A stretch of 64,000 nucleotides of DNA from assembly GCA_004431415.1 (NCBI GenBank), contig QPMI01000230.1, positions 1 through 64,000 of the forward strand, read 5' to 3'. The translations under genes and the position numbers were made by a program. Positions 27,249 through 39,900 of this stretch are shown piece by piece. Numbering within the stretch: position 1 is the stretch's first letter; every line of letters starts with the position of its first letter. Origin of the DNA: Cyanophora paradoxa CCMP329. Lineage: Eukaryota; Plantae; Glaucophyta. The notes under the pieces were generated by a model. That model saw only the letters and a list, made by a program, of their open reading frames with translations. It made no database searches and was not told the origin of the DNA.

Positions 27249-29170
27249 ATGCCCGTTTGCCAGTTTTATTTGCAAGGTAGGCTCATATCCGGGCGTCCTT
27301 TGCGGACGCTGTGCGTAGCTCGCCGAGCGCGCCCCAGCGCTCAAGCGAGCGCTCCCTTACGCGTTTCCTCGCAGGCAATTGCAGATTCGGCAACAATTGC
27401 AGGAACCAGCATCCGGCGGGCGCTGGCGGGCGAGGCGGGGGCCGGCAGGTCTATCAGCCACCGAACGCCGGCGGCAACCGCTTCGCAGCACTAGGCGAGC
27501 GCTCCTGAGTCGCTGGACCGATCGCGCGCGCTCACGACGCGCCGCGCAGCAAACCAGCAGCAGCCAACTCCGTTCGGCGCACGCCCACAGGCGACCCCCG
27601 TGCGAAATGTCTTCGTGCGCCGCACGCCCCAAGGCCGCCGTCGCGTACCTGAGGCGCTTCCGGGGCCGCAGGGCGGCTCCACGACCCCGCAGCTGAGCCG
27701 GCCCGTCTTCGGGCAGGCTGCTTCGGCGCAGCCGGCGGCGCCGACGTTCGGCGGATTCGGGTGGGCGCCGCCCATCGCCGCGTCCCTCTATCCGGAGATC
27801 GCTCATATATGCTGGCCGCAGAGCGGCGCAGTCCCCGAATGCCCCGGGGAGGCCGGCCGGCCCCGTCTTCGGGGCCGTGGGGGCTGGCGCGGGAGGAATG
27901 GCCGCGGGCGGCTCCGCGTTCGGCGCGTCTGCGGCGACGGCGGCGGCGGCGGCGGCGACCTTCCCGCTGTGGCCGCTCTCCGGCATGGACCACAATGACC
28001 GGCACCTCGCGGGCGACCTCTCCATGGAGGAGGTGCGCTGGGGGGCCTACCAGGCCCTCCGCGGCGGCGCCGGCCTCCACCAGCACGTGCGCGTATCCCC
28101 CGGCGCCACCGGCACCCCCGCGCTCAGCTGGGCGAGCAGACGGCGGAGGTCGGGGCGCTGGCGCGCGCGGCGGAGGACAGGAGACGGAACCCCGACAGGC
28201 AGCCGGCGGCCTACGTCTGCAAGGTGCCGGCCCCCGCTCGAGGCCGCTCGCCCGCCTTCAAACCGGCCGCGCGCAGCCGGGGCTCTCTGTAGGGCAGGAG
28301 GGCCCCGCCGCCGGCGCCGCCGGCCCCTCGGCCTTCGGTGCGCCCGCGGCGTCCCCCGCGGCGGCAGGATCCGCCTTTGGCGCGCGGCCAGCGTTCGGGC
28401 AGCCGCAGGCGCAGCAGCCGCCGCAGGCTGCCGCGTCGCCCTTCGGTGGCTTCGGCGGGGGGCGGGCGCCGTCGCCGCCCCGACCTTCGGCGGGGCGGCG
28501 GCAGCTGCCCCCGGATCGGCCTTCGGTGCCCGCACCTCGTTTGGCGGCGCGGCGCCGGCCGCCCCGGCCGCTGGCAGTGCCTTCGGCGGCGCCGCGGCGC
28601 CTGTTTTCGGCAACTCGGCGGGCAGTGCGTTCGGGGGGCGGCGGCGGCTGCGCCGGCCGGCGGCAGCGCTTTCGGAGGGGCGGCAGCGCGTTTGGAGGGG
28701 GCGCGGCGGGCGGTAGCACCTTCGGCGCAGGGGCGCCGACCTTCGGCGCGGGATCGGCGGGCAGCGCGTTTGGAGGGGGCGCAGCGGCGGGCGGCAGCGC
28801 GTTCGGCGGGGGCAGCGCGTTCGGAGCGAGGCCGGCGGCGCCGACGTTCGGCGCCGGGACCGCGTTCGGCGGCGGCGCGGCGCTGGGCGGCAGCGCCTTC
28901 GGCGGGGGCGGGGGCCTCCCCTCCTTCGGCGGCATGGGCCTCGGCGGGGGCGCCGCCGCCGGTCCGTCGGTCCTCGAGACGACCGTGCCGGTACCCCTAC
29001 CACGCCCTTCCCCCGCGCCCTCTCCCCGCCGACGGGCGGGGGCGCAGAACGCGGGGGCGGTGGTGACGAGCGCGAACCTGAGCGAGGCGGACCTGGCGGC
29101 CTTCCGCGCCCCCAAGTTCGAGTTCGGCAGGATCCCCGAGGCCGAGCCCCCCATCGAGCTCCGCGGCTGA
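27249..29170 (+). CDS. NUP42: FG-nucleoporin NUP42/CG1/Amo1-like with N-terminal CCCH zinc finger
   Basis: CCCH finger MPVCQFYLQ|GNCRFGNNCRNQHP, central WPLS...DLSMEEVRW, many (S/A/T)FG repeats and a Gle1-binding-type C-terminus EADLAAFRAPKFEFGRIPEAEPP. Confidence 0.88.
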
Positions 29171-29224
29171 CTGCCCCCGCCCGACCGCTGTTCAATTCCA
29201 TGCAACACGCACGCCGCTGGCTGG

Positions 29225-31788
29225 CTAGCTATCGGTCCACCGGAACTCCTCGAACATGATCGGCCTGCGCGGGGCGGCGGGGTAGAGGGTAGCGCGTGAG
29301 CCCAGTGAGCTCAAAACGTCGGCGCGGGCGGTGCGCAGGGATTCGCGGGCCCGCCCGCACCCGATCGGCTCCTGCGGGTCTGCGCGATCGATCGACGCCG
29401 GGTTAGAGGGAGCCGATCGGGCATTCAGCCCGGGTGTGTGCGTGTGTGTGTGCGCGCGCACCGACGTACTGGACGTCCCTGCAGAAGTCGGGGTACCGCA
29501 CGCCGGCCCCATCCGGATCGTACTTCCTGTACAGGATCTCCATCGCCCGCCGGTCCGCCAGCAGGCCCAGCGCCCTCGCCGGGAAGAGCGAGCCGAGGAT
29601 CTGTGGAGGGCCGGCTCAGCGCGTCGAGGCGGGGAGGGGCGGGGCTGGCGCGCCATCTCGAAGCGGGGCCGGGCGATGCGGCCGGTGGCCATGCCGCCGG
29701 GGCGCCCCGTGTCGTGCTCCTTGAACTGCGGCTTCAGCTCGACCCGCCGGTCCCGCGTCTCCTTCGCGATGGCCCGCAGGATCGCCCCCCCCTGCTCCTC
29801 CGCCGCCGCCGCCCTGCCCTTCGCCGACTCCGTCTCCGGCCGCGCCGCCCGCGGCGCCAGGCTCCCTGCGCGGCAGGCGCCTTGAGGGGCGAGGGGGCGC
29901 CGGGAGGGGGCACGCGCTCGCCCGCGTAGACGGCGTCGCAGAAGCGGAGGTAGTCGACCGTCTCCGGCCGCTCCGGGTCCGCGAAGGCCGCCCCCAGCGC
30001 CTCCACCTGCCCGAGGCCCGCGGTGACCGACGAACGAGAAGGGAGCGGGGAGAGAGGGGGCACGGACCTCGGCGCCAGTGAGAGGCGGCTTGAGGCGGGC
30101 ATGGAGCAGCGAGGGCCCGAACTTGTCCCGGGGTACGCGGCCCGTGTGCAGGCGATCCTGCGCACCGGCACCGGGTACGGAAACGCGTTCACGCATTTGG
30201 GGAAGTCGGGAAGGGTTTTGGGAGGGGTACGCACGTCGGACCTGAAACAATCCTTCAAAGAGATCGGCACAAGCTTCACCTGTTCCGGATTCAGCGGGCG
30301 CGGGGTAGTTCGGAGAGGGAGGGGCACGGCACAGCGCACATCGCGGTGCAACCTCTGGACTACGGCCCACGCGTCCGCCGGCTTCTCAGGTGGCCCTGCG
30401 TGCAGCTTGGGGATCGGAAAGGGACTGAACCGGCCGGCCGGGGCCAGAGGGGTACGCACTCCGGTCGAGAGGGGGCGGGCCGCCGGGCGCGAGGAACGTG
30501 TGCTGATCGAGGTACCCGAGGTCGATGAGGGGCTCTGCGGCGCAGGCTGTCGATCTCGGAGAATCGATCGACTCGGGGCAGGGAGGGCCGCACGGGCTTC
30601 GTAGAAGTCGCGGAGGAAGGGCAGGTAGTGGCAGAATCCTGAGACGGGATCCCTGTAACGCTCGCAAAGCACGTCCAGCATCCGGTCGTCCACCTGCGAG
30701 GGGGGGGGGGCCACATTAAGATTTACTAAGAGGGAGGGGGGGGGCTCGGGCGGACGTGGGGCAGGAGGGAAGGGGGGAACATGGCGACGATGGCCCGCCG
30801 GAAGGCGTCCCGCGTCAGGCGGCCCGTCGGCGCCGTCGCGGCCTGTACCCCGCCTCGTGAGGTCACGGGGCGGTGTGGGGGTGCGCGGGACGCACGCGGT
30901 CGTAGCGGGTGAACTCGTTGGGGGCGTCGACTTTGCGCTCCCGAAGGCTCCGCCGCATGCCCTCGGCGACCTCGGCCGCCCGCTGCGAGGGCCACGGCGG
31001 GGGCGGCGCCGGGGAAGAGGGCGAGGCCCGCAGGCCCGCCCCGACCGCCGGCGTCTTCCGCACGTCCTCGCAGAACGCACCGTAGTTGATGCGCTCCCAC
31101 CAGTCCGCCCGCCTGCCCCCGGCGCTCGAATCCGGGAGTCCGATCGCCGCGGGAGGGCGGGGAGGCTCGGCGCACGGATCCCGGTAGCGCGCAAGGACGC
31201 TCTGTATCTCCTGTGGGCCGGTGAGAGGCGGCCGGGCGCAGATCTAGGCGGGCGGGCGCGCCTGGTTCGTCAAGGCGAGCCCCGCCATACACAGAACGCT
31301 TCTGAACTGCGTCTCGGTGATCGTGCCTTGCCTTAGCGAGTCGTACGCCTGCGCGCGAAATGAGCCTGGTCCAGCGCGGGCGCTAGTACTAGCGCCTGGA
31401 CCATGACTAGCCCAAGCCGCCCAGTCCAGATCAGAAACGGCGAGGAAGCCCCAGCATGCTGGTGCGGAGCGCGCGGCGAGGCTGGCCAGATTGAAGCGGC
31501 GAGAAAGCGCCAGCATTGCTTGTGAAGTAGAGAGAGCGCGCGATACAGCGGGCTGGCGTCTAGCTAATCTTTCCTTATCACTGAAGGACCGTTGCTGCCT
31601 GCCGGCCGACCGGGTGGAAGCAGAGCGCTAGAACGACCGGAGTAGATAGCTACATGACATCCCGGAACTGCAAGCTTAAGAGCGGTGCCACGGTGGCGGC
31701 CCGGCGAGCTACAGCGCACCCGCATGTCGTCGTACAGGCGAATGTTCTTGGCCCTACAGTGCGCGCTGATTCTCCCGAGCACCTCCAT
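29225..31788 (-). CDS. Multi EF-hand-like repeat protein
   Basis: Repeated degenerate EF-hand pairs: IRLYDDMR|AYDSLRQGTITETQFRSVL, ERINYGAFCEDV, FADPERPETVDYLRFCDAV and FKEHDTGR...YDPDGAGVRYPDFCRDV. The start may lie further upstream (~31974). Confidence 0.7.
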
Positions 31789-32342
31789 TGGGCTGGCGTG
31801 CTGCTGCAGCGGTCCCGCGGATGGCTTCGGCGCTTCGCGGAAACGGGTACAGCTGTTCGGCGACGAACTTCGGCGGCCGCGATGGCGGCGGAGATTTCGT
31901 GCGTTCTGTGGTACCAGCAGCGCTCTAGTTGATCTAATGTCAAAAGGCGAACGGAAAACCGGCGCGGCCAGCATGGCGCTCTCGGTCCCCCCGGAAGCGC
32001 TAAGGGGGCGCTCTAGGCTTATCCGCTGCCTCCGCTTGATGCAGATTCCTGTCCATTCCGGTCGGACGAGCGCTGACTGGACGAATGCCACGCAGTCCGT
32101 ACGCGCAGGTCGCGCAGGGTCTCCGTGCCCTACGGCCGAAGCTCGAAGACGTGTACCAGACGGGGAACCTGCAGACGGCGGCCGAACTCGACCGGGGTCC
32201 GGGGCTCGCCGCGCCTCGCAGGCGTTCGCCCGCCTGAGGCTCTGGCGGCGCAGGGCTCACGCAGATCCTCGAGCTCGCGCGGGCGGCGGAGCGTATCGCC
32301 GTGGAGCGCGAGGCGGACACCGCAGCCGTCGACCGGCGCCCG

Positions 32343-34253
32343 ATGCCGACGAACGTGCCGCCCCCGGCGGAGCCGCCCCCGCAGCGCTTCGTCGACAACC
32401 TCAAGCCGGGCGACCGCGTGCGCCGCGGCAGCCCCCGCCCCCACCTCCGGCCGCGCCGCCGCCCCCGCCGACGCGGGCGGGGCAGGTGCTCGCGAAAGGG
32501 GACCGGCCCGAGGACCAGTTCCTGAAGCCCGTCGAGGTAATAAGGACCGTCCAGGGCTCGAACCAGGCCCTCGTCCGCTTCCTCCCCCCCGGCGCCTCCG
32601 CCGGCCCCTCCCCCGCCCCCGCCCCCGCCACCGCCGGCCCCTCCTCCTCCCCCGCCCCCTCCCCCCCCGAGGACCCCGCCCCGGACGCCTCCCGCTGGGT
32701 CTACAAGGCGTCGATGTACCCCATTCCCGACTCGAGCGCGACCAAGTACCCCGGGAGCAGGGGCGGCGGGCCGGGCCTGCCGCCCCACCTGCTGGAGAAG
32801 GGGGCGGCGCTGGGCCAGACGGTGGAGGTCCGGTGGACGTTCCGCGGCAAGGACTTCGGCTGGCTCCCCGGCATGATCCTCGAGGACACGGGGGAGTACT
32901 GCAAGGTCCGCGAACCCCGTACCCCCTACGAGCCACGCCAGGGCCGGCTGCGATCCGGGGTACGGCAGGTGGAGCTGAACCAGGAGCTGCCGCCGGAGGG
33001 CTGCCCCGAGGGCGTGCAGGCCCGCGCCTTCTTCAGCGTGCCCAAGCAGTCCACCTACCTCAGGCTCGCCGGCCCCGGGGTCCCCGCCGGCCCCGTCACC
33101 AGAGCCGCCCCCGCCGCCTCGGCCTCCACCTCCTCCGCCGAGAAGGAGAAGCGCGCGGCCGAGCGGGGGCGCCCCTCGGAGCGGGCGGGCGGCTCGGCCT
33201 CCAGCGCCTCGTCGGCGGCGGCGCGGGCGAGCGCGGGGGGCTCGGCGGGCAAGGCCGCCCACGTGCGCGGGGAAGGAGAGAGCAGAGAGGGAGGCAGCGG
33301 GTGGGGCTGAGGCGGGGCGGGCGCAGGTGGACGTGAAGCAGCGGGAGACGATCGTGCGGGGCCTCCTCAAGCGCCTCCAGGACCACGCCGCCCGCAACGC
33401 CCCCGTCCGCCCCCCGCCCCGCCGGCCGCCCCCGCGCACCCCCGCGAGCTGACGGGCGGGCGGCAGGTGGGCCCCGACGGCCTCCCGAAGAACGTCGACA
33501 TCAAGCAGATGATGCAGGCGCGCCCCCCGCCCCGCTATGTACCGCCGGCCGCCGCGCGGAGGCGAGTGGCGCGCTGACGTGGCTCGGGGCGGGGCGGGGC
33601 GCAGGCGGTGACGATCACGGAGGCGCAGCTGGCGACGAACCACGCGCCCGGCGAGTACCTCGACGTCGTCGCCCGCGTCCGCCGCCCCCGCCGCCCCGGC
33701 CTCGCTCGCCGCCCCGTCGCCCGAGCCCGCCCCCGCCCCCGCAGGAGTCGACCTTCGAGGACCTCGTCCAGTTCTGCTTCTCCGACCGCGTCAAGGTCGT
33801 CCAGTCGGTGCGCCCCGCCCCCCGCCCCCGCTCCACGCCCCGCCGGCTCCAGCGTCGGCCCCCGGCCGTGCCCGCGCTCACACGCGGGGCCGCTGCGGTG
33901 CAGTTCACGGCGGAGGTGCAGAAGTTCTGCGACGAGCGCGGCATGCCCTTCGACAAGGCGCCCCCATGCCCTCCCCGCCCCCCCTCCCATCGCGGCTCAC
34001 CTGCACCCCCGGCCGACAGGCGCGGTACCCGGTGGCGGTGGCGCTGTACGAGTCGAGCCTCTTCGCGGAGAAGGGGCGCGACATCGACGCCTATAACCGC
34101 CACCTGCAGGCCCGCCCGCCCCAGCCGCATCCGGCCTCGCAGCGGGGCGCGCTGACCGGTGCCCTCGCGCTGGCGCAGGCGGACTGGGAGAAGATCAAGT
34201 CGGAGCTGCACGGCGTCATCCTGCGCGGCATCGTCGTCTCCCCGGGCTCGTGA
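32343..34253 (+). CDS. Hypothetical multi-exon protein with Tudor/Agenet-like beta modules and a helical C-terminus
   Basis: Coding-like exons FVDNLKPGDR|VLAKG and GQTVEVRWTFRGKDFGWLPGMILEDTGEYCK|VEL, with consistent GT/GC-AG phases up to GIVVSPGS*. The domain call rests on pattern only. Confidence 0.55.
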
Positions 34254-34801
34254 CCCCGGGGGGGGGCCTCACGGCCACTGCCCTGCATCTGCATGCGCAG
34301 CTGCGCGCGGCGTCCGCGCACTTGCGCCGCGCGCGCAAATAGAGAGAGAGCGTTGAGTGTGTTTGTGTAAATGATCAGACAGAGAGCTCGATATCGAGCG
34401 TGCGTGTTGCTGTTCGAGCGCGGCACAGTGCACCACACGCGCGCGATAGGTATGAGTGCACGGCAGGCCGGGCGCCGCGCTCAGCACGCGTTTTCGCAAT
34501 TGAGGCGACGTCGGCGCTCGATCGCAGCATGCGCATCCAGTTAAGCGTCTGGTCAATTCACCTCTACCCCCCGCTGGTCAGAGAAGCTGGTGGTCAGCAG
34601 CGGTGGTCTGAGCAGCTCTGGTGTTCGAGCACCGCTAGCCGTTCAGGTGCGATATTAGCACTAAGCAGACACCCCGGAAGTGCCAGGATGGGCTGTCATG
34701 TTGCGGCCGGGCATGGCCGGTTCGGGGTCCTAGCGCGGCGTTTCATTCATTCTCTGCGAGTTGGTCGTGCGTTTGACGCGGCGACAGGCTCCGCCGCTGC
34801 G

Positions 34802-35939
34802 ATGGGGACCCCCGTGGCGACGAAGAGCGTGGGCCCCGACTTCCAGTTCAAGGACGGCACCGTCGTGAAGACCACAATCATCCCCATCCGCGCCGAAGTC
34901 ACGTCGGTGACCGGCGCCTCACAGACCAGCACCACGGGCAGCCTCACGGCGACAGTGTCCACGTCGACGCCCGCGCCCGCAGCCGCAGCCCCGCCCCCGC
35001 CTCCTCCCCCTCCTCCTCCTCCTCCGCCGCCACCGCCGCCGCCTCCGCCGCCGCCGGCTCCCAAGCCCGCCGAACCGCCGGCCCCGAAGCCGGCCGCGCC
35101 GCCGGCCCCGGCGGCCGACGATTCGAGCTCCATGAAGGTCGGCGTGCGTTCCGTGGGCCTCAAGTCGACGGACACGTGCAAGGCGCCCGACGACCCGAAC
35201 AACAAGGTCGCTCCCCGACCCCGCGGGGGCGGCCGCACGCAGCGCCGGGGCCTGGCTGAGCCGGGGGCGGCGGGCAGGTGATCTTCGGGCCGAACACGGC
35301 GTCGGAGGTGGCGGTGTACCAGACGACGGGCACCTCGCCCAGCTGGAGGACCCGCGAGCTCGTCAAGGTGCCCCCCGCGCCCCCTCCGGCTCCGAGCGGG
35401 GGGGCTGACCGGCCGCGCCGGCCGCGCCGCGCAGTTCTTCACCCACAAGGGCCCCGTCGACAAGAGCAACACCGAGAAGCTCACCATCGACCAGGCGAGC
35501 CCCCCGCCCGCCCGCGGCGCGGCGGCCGCCCGCTCGCCCGCTCACCGCGCCGGGGCGCGCGCAGCTGAAGGCGATGCACAAAGACGGGGCGATCGGGTGC
35601 TGCGCGCCGGGCACGAAGTGGATCATGATGGGCGTGCACAAGGAGGGGGCCGACGTCGCCCGCGGTGCCCTCGCCCGCCCCCGGGCGGGAGACCCCCCTC
35701 GCCCCCGCCCCCGCCTGACGCGGGAGCAGTGCGCTGGGCGGCGTGCTGCGACGGGGAGGCCCCCAAGGACGCCGAGGCCGCCGCCAAGGTCCGCCCCGCC
35801 GCCCTCCCTCCCCGCACCCGCGGGGCGCCCACCGCCCGCCCGCCCACCCCGCCCGCGCTCAGGCGTACACCGAGGAGTGCCGCCTCGCGCGCGCCGGCTG
35901 GAAGATCCCATCTTCAACAAGGAGGCCGCGAGCACCCCC

Positions 35940-35974
<35 letters not shown>

Positions 35975-36750
35975 ATCCACCCCCTGACGGGGGCGGGGCG
36001 CAGGTGTACGCGACGGAGGCGGGGAAGAAGTTCCTGGGGAGGCGGCCAAGGGCCCCGGCCAGTTCGGCGACCTCAAGGTCCGCCCCGCCCCGGCGTTCTC
36101 AGAGGAGTCTCTTCCCGTTCTCGCCCGAGCGGGGCCGCGCAGGGCAAGCCCGTGCCCCAGCAGTGGCTCCCCAAGCCCGTCGCTCCGCCCGCCCCGGCCC
36201 CGGCCCGGCGGCCCAGCGGCGCCGGCGGCGACGGCGCCGGCGGCGGCGGGGTCGGAGACGAGCGTGGCGACCAAGTCGGCGAAGGCGGCGGCGGGGGCGC
36301 CCAAGGCGGCGGCCTCGCTCCCCCGGCACCTCGACGCCACCCCTACTCCGCCCACGAGGTCCGCCCCGAGGCGGGGGCCGGGCGCGCCGCCCCGGCCGCC
36401 CCCTCACGAGCCGCCCTGCAGGACGCCTCGGGGGCTGGGGCGGAGGAGGGCGACGCGGCGGACGGGGCGGCGGCGGAGGGCGCCGCCGCCGACGCCCACG
36501 ACGGCCTCCTCGTGCGCCCCGCCCCCTCTGAGATGCCCGCGCTCGAGCCGGGGCCCTCCATAGCTACGGGCTGTCGCGTCCCGGGCTAGACGCCCGTCCA
36601 GATCTAGATCGCGCGGGCGGCGCCGTCTCCGCCGCCGCTGCAAGCCGCTGAGCCGCGCACGCCCCGCAGGAGGCGCCCGGGGACGACCACTTCGTCGCCC
36701 TCGACGCCGAGGGGTACGCCCCGCTCGCCGGCGACCACCAGATGCTGTGA
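34802..36750 (+). CDS. Hypothetical Thr/Pro-rich protein with a Cys-containing central domain
   Basis: Coding-like exons: KSVGPDFQFKDGTVVKT, poly-Pro, GAIGCCAPGTKWIMMG and RWAACCDGE. Start and end are uncertain. Confidence 0.5.
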
Positions 36751-36971
36751 GCCCGCCCCGCTTGCGACCGAGCGCCGGCTCCCCGCGGCCCTTCGGAAGG
36801 CCCCCCCGCTCGAACGGTCGTCGATATGTCTAGTTGTGCGATGTCGCGCCTGTAATCTTATGTCTCTGCCGAATCCACATACCCTACTTCACGCTGCCCT
36901 GTCCTAGCCTAGCTCTCTGAGCCTCTCTCTGCTACCTAGCAATCCGAGCCACCACCTCCACCCGGGGCTGC

Positions 36972-39900
36972 TCACATGAAGGAGCCGATCCTCCGGTCCT
37001 GGGGCCCGCGCCGCTTGAGCCGCTCGACCTCCGCCTCCAGGAAGTCGATGCGGGCCTGCCCGAGCCTGAGAGGAAGGACGGGCGCTCGGGGTCACGCGGG
37101 CTGGGCGCGGGGGACCTGGAGGCGGGCGATCTCGGCCTGGAGGTCCCCGACCTCGCGCTGGAGGGCGGCGGCTCGCTCCCGCAGCGCCCCGTTCTCCCGC
37201 TCCAGCGCCCCCGCCTCCGCCCGCAGCTGCTTACAGTGAGGGCGCGGCGCGAGGCCGGCGCGAAGGCGGGCGGCGCGCCTGGGCGGCCCCGCCGCGCTGC
37301 TCGCGGAGGCCCGCGAGCTCCTCCTGCGCCGCCCCCAGCTGCCCCCGCCCGCCCTGCTCGGACCGGGCCGGCAGGGGCGAGCCGGGCCGGGGCGGGGACC
37401 TCGGTGGCGAGGGCGGCGAGCTCCTCGAGGGCGCGCCGGTGAGCCTCCTTCGCCGCGTACACCTCCCCCTGCCCCGCGCCTCAGAAGGGGCCCCGCGGGG
37501 CCTCCTGCTGCCGGCGGGCGGCGCGCCTGAAGCTTGAGCTCGCGGCTCTGCATCTCCTGCAGCCTGAGGCGCAGCTCGCCCAGCGCAGTCCCCTGCGCGC
37601 GGCGCTCACGGCGGGAGGCCGGGGGGGGGGAGGCCTAGGGGGCCCGGGGGCGGGACCTGGGCGATGGCGGCCGCGAGCTCGTCGGCGGCGGCGCGGGCCT
37701 CCCCCTCCAGCCGCCCCCGCTCCGCCCCCACGCCTCCCCCTGCCGCCCCCGTTCGGTCAGCACAGCACTGCTCGCCGGGCTGTGCGGGGCCGGGGGTGGG
37801 CCTGGGCGGCATGGGCGGCGCGGGCGGCGTCGAGGTCCCGCCTGGCGCCCTCGAGCTCGCCCCGCAGGACGGCGGCCGCCGCCTCGAGCGCCTCGCGCCG
37901 CGCCCGCCCTGCGGATTAGATCCTCTCACATTCGTTCAAAGGAGAGCCGGGGCGGCTGCACCTCGCGCTTCCTCTCCTCCGCCTCCGCGAGCCTCTGCGC
38001 GGCGGCCCTGAGCGCGGGGGGTGGGCGGGGCGGGGAGGGGCGCGGCGCCACCCGCTCGGCCTCCAGCAGGGCCTCGCCCCGGACCTCGGCCTCGCCCGCG
38101 CCCGCTCCAGCTCGCCCGCGCCCCCGCCAGCTCCTCCTGCCGCCCCGTCAGCCGGCCCCGGCCGAACCGCCGTCCTGCCTGGAGCCTTCGCACCGCCGCC
38201 CGGGCGCGCTCCGCCTCGGCTCGCGCCGCGCACTCGGCCGCCGCGCGCTCCGCCGCCTCGCGCCGCCGCTCCTCCGCGCCCCGCGCCTCCGCCTCCAACC
38301 GCGCCGCCTCCTCCGCCTCCTGCGCCCGCGCCGCCCCGCCCGCGCCTCCTCCCTCGCCTGCAGCCGGCGTGAGAGGGAGGAGGCAGCGCGTACCCCGGGA
38401 GGGGGCGCGCGGCGGCGAGCTCGGCGTCGAGGCCCTCGCAGCGCTCCGCGAGGGCGCGCGCCTCCTCCAGCGCCGCCTGCGGGGGGGGGGGGGGGGGGGG
38501 GGGGGTGAGGGGCAGGGACGCGAAGCCGAGAGGGGAGACGGGCCTGGTGCTGCCGCTGGGCGGCGGCGAGGGATGTCTTCGCCCCGTGCGCCGCCTGCGC
38601 CCGGAAGGGTCGGCGCGGGGGGCAGGCGGCGGCCGGGGCGGGGCGGTGCGGGGCGCCTGCTCGAGGGCGGCGTTGCGGAGGACGAGGGCCTCGCAGCGGC
38701 CCTCCAGCGCCCGCTCCCGCCCCGCCCCTCCGCCACCGCCGCCTCGTACGCCGCCCGCTGCCCCGGCGTCGGGGCGCGGGGCAGGCGCGGCCCCGGCTGC
38801 AGGGCCGGGCACCTGCGTCCGGCCCGAGGCGAGCTCGGCCCGCGCACGCTCCAGCTCCCCGCGCGCCCCGTCGGCCTGCCCCGGCGCTGTGAGGGCGCGG
38901 AGAGTGGGCGGGGCGGGGCGGAGCGGGCCTGGGCGACGGCGCGGGCGCGCTCGCCTCGCTCCGCATCCAGCTGCTCCTGCGCCGCCGCCAGCTGCCGGCG
39001 GGTCGGCAGAGGAGGCGGCAGCCGAAGCGGGGCCGAGCGGAGGAGGCACCTTGCCCTCGGCGGTGGCCCGAAGCTCGCGCTCGCGCTCCAGCGCCGCCCG
39101 CGCGCGCTCGCCCTGGAGAGGCGTGAGGCGAGGGCGGCGCGGGCGGCGAAGTGGGAGGGACGGGGTGGTGCCTCGGCGCGGGCGGCGAGGGCCTGGGAGG
39201 CGGCCACCTCCGCCGCCCGCTCCAGCTCCCGCCGCCCCTCCTGCCGCCGCGTCAGGCGGCGTCTTCGCCATGCACAAAGGGGGGGAGGGGGGGACCTCGG
39301 CCTCCTCGCGGGCGGCGGCGAGCGCAGCCGCCTCCCGTCGCGCCGCCTCCGCCTCCCCCCGCGCCTGCCACGGGAGCGTGGGCCACGGGGGCGGAAGGGA
39401 AGCGGGGCGTGCTGAAACGACGGCGGGGCGGGCACCCTGGCGGCCTCCTCGAGGGCTGCCCGCTCGGAGCCGTGCGCCTCGCCGCGCAGCCGCGCCAGCT
39501 CCGCCCTCGCCTCCTCCGCCGCCCCCTGCACCTCCGTGAGGCCCTGGGCCTGCAGCAGCGCTGCGGGGTGCGTGTGCTCGCCTCGGCAGCCTCGCGGAGT
39601 GCGGCGGCGGTGCGCGCCGCGCGCCGCGCCTCCTCGCACTCCCCCGCGCCTGCGCCGCGTCACCGAGGGAGAGGAGGGCGGGGCGCGGGCGGGGCGGGGC
39701 GCGGGCCTGGGCCTCGCTGGCGCGGAGGGTGGCGATGCTCTCCAGCGCCGCCGCCTGCGCCTCCCGCGCCGCCGCCAGCTCCGTCCCCGCCTGCCCGCCC
39801 CCTCAGAGAGGGAAATGAAGAGGGGCGCGGGGCGGACCTGGGCGCGGGTGGCGGCGAGCTCCTCACCCAGGCCCTTCGCCGCCGCCCGCGCCTGCCGCCG

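Noticed and set aside
28340-28940. Degenerate repeats (ggcagcgcgtttggagggggcgc etc.) as a satellite
   Set aside because: They encode the FG repeats of NUP42.
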